DNA from: Callorhinchus milii
Lineage: Eukaryota
Direction of reading: 5' to 3'
NCBI RefSeq assembly: GCF_018977255.1
Contig: NW_024704743.1
Coordinates: 105,464,001-105,528,000, forward strand
DNA: 64,000 nucleotides
Position 1 is the stretch's first letter; each line of letters opens with the position of its first letter. The translations under genes were made by a program, and so were the position numbers. Shown in pieces: positions 1 to 13,809 of the stretch. Under the pieces are notes generated by a model. That model searched no databases. It had not been told where the DNA came from and saw only the letters and a list, made by a program, of their open reading frames with translations.

Positions 1-29
1 AATTGACCAAGATGCCAGGGACAGTGCAG

Positions 30-275
30 AGACCTAACAAGTAGGGTGGTTCTAACTGAACATGCATTGAGAAGCTTCCTAGATAATGCCCTCAATGTCA
101 AGCTATGCGGTTTTAGCTGTTTGAACTCCCACAGTACCCTTGCACACACTCTGGAGTCTCCAAGCCTTGACTTTCGCCAACTACAAGCAATATTCTGAGG
201 AGTTAGATAAGCATGGTGTGCATCCCTATCGGGAAAGAATGCGCATTCCATTTCAGACACTGGTGTATTTCCATT
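30..275 (+). repeat. Unclassified old interspersed repeat, copy 1
   Basis: Colinear similarity to 29850-30970 (+) and 32913-33153 (-), e.g. TAGGGTGGTTCTA..CAAGCTATGCGGTTTTAGCTG..GCATTCCATT. Confidence 0.65.
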
Positions 276-476
276 TAATAATAATAATAATCCTTGCATT
301 TGATATAGCGCTTTTCACGTCTTCTAGACGTCTCAAAGCGCTTCACAGAATAGACTGTAAAGTGAATTGACTGTATATTTGTTGGCGAAATGCGGCAGCC
401 AATTGCGCACAGCAGCATCCCACAAACAATCGTGGATTGAAAATGACCAATTTATTATTTTTTTGAGGGATTATTA
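276..476 (-). mobile_element. Young tRNA-derived SINE, 5'-truncated
   Basis: Reverse complement of the SINE 3' half ending AAAGCGCTATATCAAATGCAAGGATT(ATT)n; tail loop GACGTCTAGAAGACG. Confidence 0.9.
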
Positions 477-500
477 AATAATAATTATTATTTGTACTGA

Positions 501-597
501 AACAACAACGTGCATTTATATAGCGCCCTCCACGCAGGGTAACGTCTCAGAGAGCTTAACAGTGATGGAGCCTGACTCCGAGCCGGAGGGAGTGGGG
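501..597 (-). mobile_element. LINE2 3' tail fragment
   Basis: Matches the 3' end of the LINE2 copies at 12459 and 54843 (GGAGCCTGACTCCGAGCC, (CAA)n). Confidence 0.8.
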
Positions 598-2040
598 AAA
601 CAAGTAATACTCATTTTTAATTAATAAGCACCATCAATTAAACCCCAGTTAATATGTTCAACGTTTCCCCAAAATATAATTCTCCATACTTACATGTTCG
701 ACATATTATACTGATCTCCAGGATACCATCTGGCATGAAATTGTAAAAATGCAAATTGTTGTTGTTCTTGATCTCACTCTGGTAACAAGAGTGTGGCACA
801 TTTTCTAAACCACAGAAAACAAAAAAGATAACATTAACCTCTTACATTAGTCAGAGAGCGGCATAAGAAAACACTGAATTTGAAAAACACATCAAGCCCA
901 CACCTTCTGCAGACAATGTGCTGCATTGCTTATCATGCCCATCTATTTAACCTCCTGAAGGAACGTGCTATATAAACATATCCTGAATCCCAGAGTTATT
1001 TAAGAAAAAACACAGAACATCTTTCTATCACACGGTGGTCCTATTAAATGCTAGGTTGACCCACCAAAGAGAACAGCAGCTTGGCACGGAGATCACCTCC
1101 CTCTCCACAGGAATAATCATACCTCATGAAAGATTTGTTCACATCTATCTGTGCTTAACCTTCTTTTACTTTCTCAGTCAGATGTTAGTACTATCCTTCC
1201 TAGCTTCAAATATGTTGGTTGGGAGTTTATTCCACATGCACACTTTTCAGTAGGAAACACAGATTTCTTCTAATCTCTCAGTTGACTTGAGTTAATTTTG
1301 GAGGATACTACATACACTTTCTCCACTATGCCCTCTACTGTCCTTTGAAGAATGGCAGTTGTGTCAATTTCAATACTCACAGATAGCTAAGAATCATGTG
1401 GGACAGGCAGACACAATAATTAATTTCATCCTATTACAATATTGCCACTTTGGATTTATCCCAAAGTATTTGTATTTAAATGGTTTAACCTTGGTGCCAA
1501 TTTCAGATTAAATGCAATACTGTTACTGCTTTAGAGTGGGCACCCAGACAAAATAAAGCCTTACAATACACTTAAATTCATTTGGATTCTGTTAAGCATA
1601 GCATAAGAAAAGCTTCACCTCATTCTGACGTGAAGTCCACATTAAGGTGTTTGTCCGGTCATCCTTTCATTCTGTCCATCTGCACAAATCCATCATACAA
1701 GCTGCCTTTGTGAAGTAGTCCACCTAGTTTGTATGGAGTAGTTGTTCATATATTCTGGTTCTCAGTTTTCCTCCTAATTTTGAATGCTAATTTTGAATAA
1801 TGAATGCTGAGAACCCAGAACACCTCTTCCCTTCCCTTGCACAGGACCCGAGTTTCCAAGTCTCCCCCTTCCAACAATTATGAACTATTATGATTGTGAT
1901 TGAATGAGAGAAATTGCACACCCACAAGGGTCTGAACTCACTGAACAATATTAATCGCGCCCATAACCTTGCAAGACTTTAATCATTTCCTACCTTTTAG
2001 TGTTTGTAGCACACCATGAATTGTCAGCTATCTTCAATAT

Positions 2041-2540
2041 ATGGCAATGTTGCAGAGGTGGGGGAAGCGAAAGCGAGTCATAGCACGGATGTGGTATAGA
2101 AAGGACAGTTGAGGGTCAAAAAAGGTACCGGACTGGCTCAGTGAGGTGGACTGTGCATCCATGGATGGTGATGCTGTCAACGCCTGAGGTATGGAGGTGC
2201 TGATGGGAACCAATCAGGAGAGCCTTGGTCTTGTTGACATTTAACTGAAGAAAGTTAGCTCTCATCCAGGATGTCTGACTTGATGTCTGACAGATATCAA
2301 GTCAGGACAGCAGTGGTCCTGGATTCGAGGGTGGAGGCAGAGAGATAGAGTTGGGTATCATCAGCATATATGTGCAAGTTGACCCCATGTCTGCAGATAA
2401 TGTCACCAAGAGGCAACATGTACAAGTTGGAGAGGAAAGGACCAAGGACAGAGCCCTCAGGAACGCCACACGAGAGGGTGCGGGAGCTGGAGAAGAAGCC
2501 GTTTGTGGAGACAAAGTGGAGACGGTGCGAGAAGGTGGAG
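2041..2540 (-). mobile_element. LINE2 ORF2 reverse-transcriptase fragment
   Basis: Similar to 62880-63350 on the opposite strand; degenerate PQGSVLGP, HxYADD and WMRANFLQLN motifs. Confidence 0.85.
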
Positions 2541-3374
2541 ATGCAAAGTGGATTTAATGAGATGTTACCAAGGAAAAATAGATCTGCCTTTAATAGATGT
2601 GCTTAAAAACATTGCCAAAAATTGTCAAAGTTATAAACAGTTTTGATCAGGTAAATAGGGAGAGATTGTGTGAAAGCAATAAAAAATAGAAAAGATGCAA
2701 AGTGGATTCAATGAGATATTACTAGGGAGAAAGAGTTTTGGTTAGGAATAATTAATTAATAAATAAATAAATAAATAAATAAAAACTATCGCATTTGCTA
2801 ACAGCACATTCGAAGCTAATGGTCCCAAGGCACATTTTAGAGCATAGAAATAGACCACTGCTATTCATCTAGCCATTCTCAAAGCTTTTGATATCAGCTG
2901 AACATCCATTGAAATTTTACAGTGATTGATCAATAATTACATCCAGATCCTTTTTCTTCTGCACATCTGCTGATGGATACCCTTTTATTTTGTTACATGT
3001 TTGGTCACTTACTTTGTTAGTGGTGATAATATGGTTGGCAATATCATAATCTGCTTACAAATACACAGTTACTAAACTTTCAGTATATGATGCCCTCTGA
3101 GAAATTTTCCCAACATGAAATCCCTCTCTCAAATGCAAGGGTTATTATTATTATTATTTTCCCTTCCCCACACAGACTTTCAATTCGACTACTCATAGCA
3201 TCAATAGTGCTTAGATTCAAATTGATAGGATCCCACAAAACGCTTTCAAGCATTTTCCCTAATACAGATTGTAGACTAATAGACCAGCAATTTTCTAACA
3301 CTCAGGTTTTGCTCTTTGTTTGAAAATCCAGTTAACATTTACTATCTTTCAATCTTTCTTTGCAACATTTACAG

Positions 3375-3672
3375 CACCTTTCAGATGTCACATTACACCA
3401 AGGTCCCATCTGCCTGTTCAGGTGGACGTTAAAGATCCCATGGCACTGTTCGAAAAGAGAAGGGAGTTTCTCCCAATGTCCTAGCCAACAATCCCCCAAA
3501 TAAAATTGGTCACTCGTTTCATGCCTCTTTGTGGCTCACTGCTGTGCACAAATATGCTGCTGAGTTTGCCTACAAATACTCAAACTCTATTTCACAGTAA
3601 ATCCTGTGAAGTGCTTTGAGATTTTCTTCCAATAGGATAAGGCACTATATCAAATTCAAAGATTGTTTATTT
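3375..3672 (+). mobile_element. Older Deu-domain SINE (DeuSINE-like)
   Basis: CAAGGTCCCATCTGCCTGTTCAGGTGGACGTTAAAGATCCCATGGCACT resembles the Deu domain as I recall it; it is followed by the shared SINE tail. Confidence 0.75.
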
Positions 3673-5237
3673 ATTTATATTGTTGTGCGCAAATTGACCA
3701 CCTTGTTTGACGACATACGCTTCACAGTAAAATCCTACGAAAGTGATTTGAGATGTCGCAACAACATGAAAAAAACAATCTCGCAATTAATTTATGACTC
3801 AATGTCAAATTCTTCAACCAAAAATTATATTCATGATATTAATAACAGCACAATTATTATTAGTAGTAGTATTATTTGTGGAGCTCCTTCAATTTCCATT
3901 TTCAGTTCCTTGAGTAACAATATCCAACAATATGAAGCATCATTCAATGACTTTGCTTGGTGTTGTCTATCTAGAAGGCCATTCACACAGTACAAATATG
4001 ACTGAATCCTCCTGGTCTCTGAGAGAGTGGCAGGCCAAATTTCACAATATCAAAGTTCTCCCTGATATTAAAGTTATTCACATAAGACTTTGCTTCGACC
4101 TTAAATCAACCTTTCAAATATCCTGCAGATATGTTCTTGAGGGATATATTACTCTCATATCTCCAACCTTATTATATAAGTTGGATATATATATAAAATC
4201 ATATCTCCAACATTATTAGATGTTAATAGGACGTTAAATTGGTTTCATTTTTGATCTAAATTAATTTCAAACAGCTTTTATGTGAAGAAAATGTGATACT
4301 TTTAACATGAATCCCCATCTTTGATGAAAAGATTCATGGCTGAGAATTGGGCCAATTTCTGTTTCTAGTATTTAATAAAACCAACTGGTCATCTTATTCT
4401 GAAACCTCATTTGGTAGCAGAAAGCTATAATTTTTCTACCTCGCTGAAGGCAAAATAGTTACTCCAGACCTTTTTGAGTGAGGATACCTGATAATTTTCA
4501 TTCACACCTACAAATACACGGACACTCCCCTTTACCTTAAATCCTGTGAAGTGCATTGGGACGTCCTCCCGATGTGAAAGGCACTGTGCCAAATGTATGG
4601 ATTTTTATATACAACATTTTCTTTTTGAATGTTTATGGCAAAAACTGAGAAAACTGAACAGCTTGGAAGAGCCCTCACTCCATCCTCATTTATCTATACT
4701 GAAGATTCAATCATTTCCAGCAATGCGTGGGGTATTTCTCCTTATGGCAATGCATGCCTTGGGACACTTGCTCCTAAATAAAAAGCTGATGTGCTAACCA
4801 TCTACCAACGTTCATATAAACACCATACGGTCTAGGAATCTGAGATATGTTCATGTATCAGGCCCAGCAATGTAATGTCCAGATTCCAGAGAGTGTAGCT
4901 CCTGTTTTTTCATTACAGAATGATACCGTATACTAAAACCTCTCAGTGTGGCACCAGCTGTGTCCCATGAAAAATATCAATCAAATGAAAGTTTTAGCAG
5001 ACTCATTTCCCTGCAAAAGCTTATATAAATGTTTTTCCACCTTTAATAGATCTACCTAAAAATGTTGCCAAAAATTGTCAAAATTATAAACAGTTTTGAT
5101 CAGGTAATTAGAGAGAGATTGTGTGGAAGCTATAGAAAAGGTGCAAAGTGGGTTCAATGAGATGTTACTAGAGAGGAAGAGTTTTGGTTAAGAATGATTA
5201 ATAAATAAATAAGTGTTGCATTTGTTATAGCGCATTA

Positions 5238-5459
5238 GATGTAGAAGATACCATGGCACTAGTTAAAAAGAGAAGGAAGTTTCTCCTGGTGCCACGACAA
5301 CAACCCCCCCACTTAAAATGATCATTCATTTCATGGTGACTTAGCTCTGCGCAAATTGTCTGTCTACTACAAATACCATCACTACAGTTTATAGTAAATC
5401 CTGTGAAGGACTCTGAGATATTTTGATGATGCGATAAGCTGCTATATCAAATGCAAGCA
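5238..5459 (+). mobile_element. Deu-domain SINE, partial
   Basis: GATACCATGGCACT..GAGAAGGAAGTTTCTCC..CTATATCAAATGCAAG. Confidence 0.65.
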
Positions 5460-5544
5460 CTTGATATAGCTAATATCAGGAAGTTTTAAGAACAAGCCAC
5501 ACATTCTAAATGTATGGAAACATTCAGGTTTCAACTTCTGTGCA

Positions 5545-5785
5545 TAATAATAATAATAATAATAATCCTTGCATTTGATATAGCGCTTTTCACGTCGGGA
5601 GGACGTCTCAAAGTGCTTCACAGAACACACTGTAAAGTGAATTGACTGTATATTTGTGGGCGAACGTGGCAGCCAATTGCGCACAGCAATGTCCCACAAA
5701 CAGTCTTAGATTGAAGATGACCGATTTATTATTGTTTGGGATTTTTGGAGGGATTATTATTAGACGTGTGGAGTAAAGAAACTTG
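5545..5785 (-). mobile_element. Young tRNA-derived SINE, 5'-truncated
   Basis: Near-identical to 21683-21910; tail loop GACGTCCTCCCGACG. Confidence 0.9.
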
Positions 5786-6269
5786 TAAGAGACCAACATT
5801 ACACTTGAGTGCATTAGAGACAAAATTCTGACAAACTACCAGCCCTGAGCATCTGTCAGAACCTATTCTACAACAAGATGTGATGGCCAAATGACCACAG
5901 CATCTAATCTCTCAATCAATGACCTGAACTCGAAGAAGATAAATATCTGTGTTTTATACAAATAATACCAAAGGAAACATCAAACAGGTGAATATATAAA
6001 AGGGGAACCAAAATAAAAAAGGATATGGACAAGTTTATCAGTTCCTTTCATTTCTGCAATTCCGCCTCAATCACAAAATTGCGCAGTACACCTTTACCCA
6101 ACTTATTTTCTTATAATGTTGGAACGTTATGTTTTCTCTCTCATTTTGCGCTTACTCAAGGTCCATTCTTGGGCATATTATACATTTCTTCTATATATAT
6201 ATCTAATTCTATATTGACATTTTCCCGATGTGAAAGGTGCTATACAAATGTAATTGTGTGTGTTGTGTG

Positions 6270-6970
6270 ATGGGGACAAAAAATCCAGAAAGGGACTATT
6301 ATTTAAATGGTAAGAAAATAATCTGTATAGATAATGAAAAGGATCTGGGGATCCCGATTGACAATAAATTGAAGATATCGCAACAATGCTCAATACCAGT
6401 GAGTAAGGAAAATCAGATGGTAGGCTGTATTAAAAGGCCAATATTGACACAAAATAGTGGGGTAATCCTACCACTTTCTAAAACACTGGTGTGATTGCAT
6501 TTGGAATACTGACTGAGGTGATGAAGGGACTGGACTATGAGGAGTGATTAGATAAACTGGGCATGTTCACACTGGAGAAGAGATGGTTGAGGGGCAATGC
6601 AGTTATGGTCTTTAAGATTCTGAAAAGAATAGACACTGTAGACCATGATAAGCTGTTTTATTTTGTTGTAAATATTAGAACCAGAGGACACGGCCTGCGA
6701 TTGAAGGAGGGTAAATTCAAAACAAATCGGAGGAAACACTACGTCAGTGACTGAGTAGTAAATTTATGGAACAGGCTCCCTAGGGAGATGGTGGAAGCAG
6801 AAAATGTTGTTTGTTTCAAGAACAAATTGGGTAGATTTCTGCTAGAAAATAATATTTGGGGATACAGTGTATAGTTTGGGACACGATATATCAAGCGACT
6901 GCCAGGATGGTGCAAGGCAAATTAGATGAATCTTGGTCTTCTTTTGTCTAGCAAATTCTTATATTCTACA
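6270..6970 (+). mobile_element. CR1 LINE 3' fragment
   Basis: ORF-track peptides EKDLGI..CIKR..ILPLSKTLV and FTLEKRWLRG..FKILK..TRGHGLRL are CR1 ORF2 C-terminal motifs; its 3'UTR is shared with 60200-60305. Confidence 0.85.
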
Positions 6971-7254
6971 TCTAATTGCACTTAAGGTATATCTTCTTGC
7001 CCTTTACTCTTCTCAAATTCCAATTCTATTTCTTTGTCTTATCTCTCATCCACAGGTTCAATGCATTTATTTTTTCTCACTGTTTCTCCTACTCCCCGCT
7101 TGACTCTATATTCCCTGGGACAACCCTATTTAACAATGTCTCACCAAATCCTCTGAACACCTTCATTAAGTGGGGTAGGGCTTTATATCCCTTCTTGCAA
7201 TTGCAATCCAATTGTTTTAAGTTGAATCTTTATCTAATACTCTGCACTAAGCTT

Positions 7255-7670
7255 TGCATACACTTCATTCCCATCCTTGTTAGGTTCCACTGGCTCCCAG
7301 TACCCCAGCGTTCAACTTTAAGATCCCAGTCCTGATGTTCACTGTCTTTTTCCTACATCTGCAATTGCCTTCAACCCTACTGTCTGGCCTCCTCCTTGTC
7401 CCCCGAGTTCTCTGCTCCGCCCTCGGCGGCCATGCCCTCAGCCACTATGCCCCGAGGCTCTGGAACTCCCTTCCTCACTCCCTTCACCTCGTCCCCTCTC
7501 TTCCGATTTTCAGGTCTCTGCTGAAGACCTTTCTTTTCGACCATGCCCTTGGTCACCTTCCTTCCCCTCCCCCTTCACATGGCTCCACCCCGGGATCCGT
7601 TACTGTGAAGTGCTCTGAGATGCTGTCCAGCGTGGAGGGCACTATATAAATCCAAATTGTTGTTGTTGTT
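7255..7670 (+). mobile_element. LINE2 3' fragment
   Basis: HWLP and YAPRLWNSLP..LKTFLF peptides, (TTG)n tail; closely similar to 30183-30737. Confidence 0.9.
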
Positions 7671-8887
7671 ACTGTCCTAAATGTATCCTTTACATCTCTG
7701 ATTCTGGCCTATTGCTTTTTCCTCATTCCCTCTACCCACCACTGACAAAACTGCCAGTCCTAAAGTCCAACTCCTCTGAAATCCTTTTCCAAAATCTCTC
7801 TGCCTTACTTCCTCATCTTCAAAACCTTCCTAAAGGCATATTTTTTTGACCGTGCTTATTGTCAACTTTCCTAAGTTCCCATCATTTTTATGCTGCCATG
7901 AGCATTAAATGCTTCATGATATTCATTTTAAGTGATTGGTGTTATGCAAGTTCTCGTTGTTATTCCCGATCCTGATCATTTTGTTTATTTTCCCTGTTAA
8001 CAGTATTGTGGAAGAAGTTTTAACTTTTCTCAGCCACTCTTCCTTCACCTCTCCTTGCTTGTGGTCATTGACTCCTCAATAGATCACAAACACAAGGCAA
8101 TGCATGACATGAATCTTCCATTAGCAAGTCTAGACACATTCTATCGACCAGTAGTAAATTAATAACATGATTATTGTGCATCAGTCTGAAATTCTGTATC
8201 CTCTCAACAGTTTAAAGTTTTGTATTATCTAGATACCTCATTTAGGAAACCTTGTTTTGACAAACTTACCCCAATAACATTAGTCCCAGTCTGCAGTAAG
8301 CAAACCGCCAACTGACAAAATTCTCAAAGGCTGTCTGCAACAACAAGAAGAAGATTGCATTTGTATAGCACCTTTCACGTCGGGAGGACGACCCAAGACG
8401 CTGGAACAGTCTGCAACTAAAGGAAATAGCTAAGCAGTAATTATCGAAGTGACTATCAAAATTAACACAATTACAGGTTATAACCCAGAATTAATTACAG
8501 CAAAAAGATGATCAGTTGTTTTGTTCCATTGAAGGTGTCTTTAATTAGAAAGATGAATATTTCTATTTAAAGCTAGTTTAGCAACCTCTGACATTAGTCC
8601 TCTAGCCATGTTGCGAGGATCATATAGGAATAGAAGTGGTGCTGGCATTTAGTTTTTGAGGCTGGTGTCAGTTTTGATATCAGTATGAAACTGTCCAATT
8701 TTCATCACTAATTCAACAACACAAGCCGTGCCTTTGAAAAATGTATAGCTACAGACGATGATTGTTAGACTAATTGGATACAACTCAGTAATTAACTATG
8801 ATAACTAAATGTAAAGAAAAGGAAAAAGTTAATTCTGAAATTGAATAATCCAACAACCCAATTAAAATTTTAAGAAAGTTTGTAGAT

Positions 8888-9198
8888 TATAATAATCCTT
8901 GCATTTGATATAGCGCTTTTCACATTGGGAGGACGTCCCAAAGCGCTTCACAGAACACACTGTAAAGTGAATTGACTGTATATTTGTGGGCGAACACGGC
9001 AGCCAATTGTGCACAGCAATGTCCCACAAACAGTCGTAGATTGAAAATGACCAATTTATTATTGTTTTTGGTTTTGGAGGGATTATTATTAGGCGTGTGG
9101 AGTAAGGAAACTTGCCAAAGGTTTCGCCCTGACTGGAATTGAACTCAGATTTCTCATTTGCAAAGTGAGTGCTCTAACCACTGAGCTACACGACTCCA
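8888..9198 (-). mobile_element. Young tRNA-derived SINE, full length
   Basis: Head with Pol III A box (TAGCTCAGTGG) and B box (GAGTTCAATTCC), complete body and (ATT)n tail. Confidence 0.92.
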
Positions 9199-9439
9199 CG
9201 ATTAGTTTAGGTTGGATTGATTGAATGTCAACCTAACAAATTACGCATTTATATGATAAAATCCAAAGTGAAACCAAATAAAACACGAATTCCTGGGGGG
9301 AAGCGCTGTAGAGTTGGAGTTTCCGTCCTTCAGATGAGGTCTGCCTGTTCACAATTGGTGATGTTATAGTTATCATTCGTCACAACATCAGTGGCAGAAA
9401 CTACAATCAGAAAGAAAGGATACCAGTGGCAAGATGTGC

Positions 9440-9845
9440 CAACCTGGCTCAATTAGTAGCAAGTCTTAACTGAGACAGAATGTTGTGGGTCCAAGCCCCA
9501 CATTCAGACATTGAACTCATAGTCTCGGCTGATACTCTAATACAGTCCTGAGGGGAAGCATTATATTGTTGGAGTTTTCAGATGAGGTCTGCCTGCTCAG
9601 ATGAATGTTAAACATCCCTTGGAACTATTCAAAAAAAAAGTGAGTTTTTCTTGGAGTCCTAGGCAAAAAAAAACCTACAAATTAGGCATTCACTTTGTGG
9701 CTGATTGTGGGAGATTGCTGTGTGCAAACTGACTACTACATTTAGCTAAATATACAATCACTACACTTCACCATAAATCTTGTAAATACATTTGTGACAT
9801 CCTCTCAATGTTACAAAGTGCTATGTCAAATCAAAAAGATTATTT
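9440..9845 (+). mobile_element. Deu-domain SINE
   Basis: CCTGGCTCAATTAGTAGCA head, CAGATGAGGTCTGCCTG..TTAAACATCCC, shared tail. Confidence 0.7.
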
Positions 9846-10769
9846 TAATTAAATGTTAAATCTGAGCTGATCTAACTCGCATTTAACATATTCTGAAGGA
9901 AACAATAAATATTTAAAATCCCACTACATGTAATACTTCAATGTGAAGCAGAGAAGTGATTTCTCAAGACTTAGAAACTAATTTAAAAGGATTGTAATGT
10001 TATCGAAGTTCAGGAAATTACAATGTTTATACCAAGAGGAAGATAACACATCTGATCCTCTCAGAACAAAATCCAGCTCAGACTGTTGTACATTGATTAA
10101 ACTTTTGGACACCCATGTGTATGGCACACTCAGAAACCCATCACTGGAGTATCCAAACCTTCCAAAACAAATTATAATCATATCACTTGCATTAAATACA
10201 GTACATTAGCTGTGCAAATACTCCATTCTCTGCGATCAGGAACATGGGAATTTTTGGCACTAAGACAAGAATACTCGGACAAATGTTCAGACTAGCTCTC
10301 TGTGTTTGAATATAACAGCCTGAGGTAGAGGGTGAGTATAAATATCTATTTGAGTTTAGCACCATGGGAACTTTTGTTCTCAGATAGGAAATTGTTTCTT
10401 TCTCCTTCCAACATAAATGCTTCTTAATCTTTTGCTTCTATGTCCCATTATTCTCGAATCTTGTTAAATCCTACCTGAGTCATATACCAAAGGGAAGTCA
10501 GCCGTATCAGTGCAGGTTAACTAAAAAGAAGTTGTGTTCTGCATTAGTTGTTTCAAAGGGATAAGTAACAAAGCTAAGAAAGAAATCTGTTTTGCTAAAA
10601 TTTCAATCTAAACATGAACAACCACTACCAATTTGTAGTTCATATACGTTCAGACGTTCATATAGCCTTTATATCCTCCTAGCCTGTCAGAACAATTACA
10701 CATTAAAAAATAATTCCCTAATCCATATAGTTTGTGAATTTAACCATTTATCTTACACAGGAACCCAAA

Positions 10770-11160
10770 ATCTGGCTCAGTTGGTAGCATTCTCACTTGG
10801 GAGTGAAAAGTTTGTGGGTTCAAGCCCCACTTTGGGACTTTGAACTCGTAGTCTAGGCTGGTACTCCATTGCAGTGCTAGAAGAAGCTACTGTACAGGGT
10901 TGGGAAAGTACTGCAATGTTGGGGCTGCCATCCTTCAGATGAGATGCCAAATTAAGGTCTATCTGTTGAGGTGGATGTTGAAATAGAAAAGAAAAGAGTT
11001 TTAACCGCTGCCCTGGTCAATAATCCCCCAAATGGCTTTTTGTATGCAAATTGGCTGCAGCATTTGCCTACAATTATACAGTCACTACACTTTCCAGTGA
11101 AATCTTTTGAAGTCTCACAAACATGATAAAACACAATATCAAATGCAAGAATTATTATTC
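10770..11160 (+). mobile_element. Deu-domain SINE
   Basis: CTGGCTCAGTTGGTAGCA..GGGTTCAAGCCCCAC head, CAGATGAGATG core, tail TATCAAATGCAAGAATTATT. Confidence 0.75.
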
Positions 11161-12458
11161 TTACTATGAATCAAATGCACCTGATGCCAGTCAGATTTTT
11201 GTGTAGAGGTACTGAGAATGATGTCTTCCAATGGGATTTCTCTGTTATCATCACATTGTCAAGTCACTACATGGAATACCAAATGATCTTTTCATGATAC
11301 ACCGTTATGTTTAAAAAATTATAATCAATAACAATTGTTTATTGATTCTTCACTGTTTTATGTATAAATACCATTCCTTATGATTATCATTACAAGTGTA
11401 ACATGTAGGAAAGATATGTAAATAAATAACTGGTTGGATGGATATGGATATGTATATGGGGAAACTATTTAAGGACATGGAAAAAAGCCAGACAATTAAG
11501 ATATTATCTGCTATCAACAACTTATTTGATAAATAAATATCAAATATTGTATGCCCACAAAACACAGAGTCACTGCACTTTCAAGTATATCCTATGACGC
11601 GCTTTCGGGCAACCTCCTAATGTGAAAGGTGTAATATCAGATGTAGGATTATTATTATTAAATCAAAAATGCAAGTATTTTTTATGAACAACAAAATGAC
11701 AGAAGTGCCTTAAATGCTGCAATAGCCTCCTTCTGCTCCTATGTCATCTAATGGTTTGCTAAAACAGACAGTTTACATTTGTTTATGCAATCAGAAAGCA
11801 TGAACAATGCACTACTTGCTATAATTTGCATTATGAAGCTGCTATTCAAGAATAGAAACTGAAAAGTTGAAAGCACGTTCGAACACTGTTTAAAAGTGCA
11901 CTTGGCTCAAAATGATTGATTGCTTTGTTTTCAAGAAAATTCGAATGCCATTGGCGACATGATGATCAGTCTTTATGTTTCTCTCTTGTTGAAGATTTGT
12001 TGGCCAGAAGGAGAAATGAAATTCTAAATTTGATTCTGATTTATATCTACATTGCATCTCAATTGCAGGAGCCTACAAACAGTCTCATGCTGCATGACAC
12101 ACAGCCGACCATTCTTATTCAATATAAATTGCATTACAACTGATTTGGTGAACCAAAAATTGTCTGTTTGGTGCCGAATGTTGAGTTTACATTGCAGCTC
12201 AGTGTGCAGGGATTTGTAAAAAGAATTTGTGATTATAGAACCCTGCAGGCAGCCTGATTTCTCTCGCACTGATTGCTAGGATGCTGATTTTGGTCCAATT
12301 GTTGGGCACTCGGGGCCTCCTTTGATTTTAATCTGATTTCACACAAGATATCTGAGTAGAGTTCCAGCAGGCTGGTGTGAGAGACATCTCAGTTTTATTC
12401 TCATTGCTGCTGTAGTTACTGCAGCATTCAATATTTACAAATCATTGTACAATTAGAT

Positions 12459-12735
12459 CTACAACAACAACTTGCACTTATATAGCACCCTCCACGCAAG
12501 GTAGTGTCTCAGAGCGCTTAACAGTGGCGGAGCCTGACTCCGAGCCGGGGATGGGGGGGAGGGAGGTGGACGTAAGTGCGGTCGAAGAGGAAGGTTTTTA
12601 GGCGGGACTTGATAAAGGGAAGAGAGGGGGGCAAGGCGGAGAGATTGAGGGACAGTGTTCCAGAGGTTTGGGACATAGTGGCTGAAAGCATGACCTCTGA
12701 TGGTGGGGCGGAGTGTGCGAGGAATGGAGTGTGAA
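12459..12735 (-). mobile_element. LINE2 3' end
   Basis: GHAFSHYVPNLWN and IKSRLKTFLF peptides; (CAA)n tail. Confidence 0.9.
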
Positions 12736-13121
12736 TCATTCAAAGGTCTGACAAAGAAACAGCATTGTATAGTTTTTGTTACTGAATATGGGTCAAAATT
12801 GCAATATTCCTCAATGCATCCTATTCCTGAATTAACATAAGGGATAACTAAGGAACACTTTATCAACTGGACACTGTCCTTAATGACAGATTTGACAGTG
12901 ATCACCCGCTGACTTCAGCAAAATAGTTCCTTCCTCAGGTTTTTAAGTCAATTTGGACACTATCTTTTCTTTAAAAAAAGCAAGAGTCAATGCTATGATT
13001 TTCAACTATTAGTGCAGCTTTTGTTTTCCCTTTTTAAAAAAAATTATTAGAAGATATTCCTGAAGTATATATTGTCTGGGTTGTCTAGGACAATAAATAA
13101 AAGGACAAAAATCCAGGACAA

Positions 13122-13246
13122 ATTTGCAGGGTTATGGGGAGAGAGCGGGGGAGTGGGATTAATTTGGACAGCTCTTTCAAAAACCCGGCACGGACATGAT
13201 GGGCCGAATGGCCTCCTTCTGTGCTAAATAATTCTATGATTCTATG
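13122..13246 (+). mobile_element. CR1-type 3' end
   Basis: GATGGGCCGAATGGCCTCCTTCTGTGCT followed by ATTCTATGATTCTATG, a typical CR1 terminal repeat. Confidence 0.8.
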
Positions 13247-13299
13247 TCTCATTATTAGGACAGCATGTGCATTCCTAGGCACTCACAACATTTACTATC

Positions 13300-13495
13300 A
13301 AAAGTGATTGTGGGTTCATTACAGGCAGAGACAGGAGGAATTATAATGGGGAATAAAGATATGGCAGGGTCATTTAACAAATACTTTGCTTCTGTCTTCA
13401 CGTTAGAAGACACTGAAAACTTATCAAAAATGGAGGGGAACCAAGAAGCTAATGTTAGTGAGCAACTTAGGGAAATTAACATCAGTAAAGAATTA
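13300..13495 (+). mobile_element. CR1 ORF2 internal fragment (endonuclease-RT linker)
   Basis: Peptide MAGSFNKYFASVFTLED..LREINISKE (N.YFASVFT motif). Confidence 0.8.
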
Positions 13496-13808
13496 TAATA
13501 ATAATCCTTGCATTTGATATAGCGCTTTTCACTTCTTCTAGACGTCTCAAAGCGCTTCATAGAATAGACTGCAAAGTGAATTGACTGTATATATTTGTGG
13601 GCGAAATGCGGCAGCCAATTGTGCATAGCAGTGCCCCACAAACAGTTGTGGATTAAAAATGACTGATTTATTATTGTTTTCGTTCTTGAGGGGTTATTAT
13701 CAGCGTGTGGAGTAAGGAGACTTGCCCAAGGTTTCACCCTGCTGGGAATCGAACCTAGGTCTCTCGCTTGCAAAGCAAGTGCTCTAACCACTGAGCTACA
13801 GGACTCCA
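13496..13808 (-). mobile_element. Young tRNA-derived SINE, full length
   Basis: A and B boxes, full body, tail loop GACGTCTAGAAG. Confidence 0.92.
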
Positions 13809-13809
13809 C

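Noticed and set aside
11700..12450. Repeat-free stretch that could be a conserved non-coding element or an exon
   Set aside because: No convincing ORF or splice pattern, and conservation cannot be judged without alignments.
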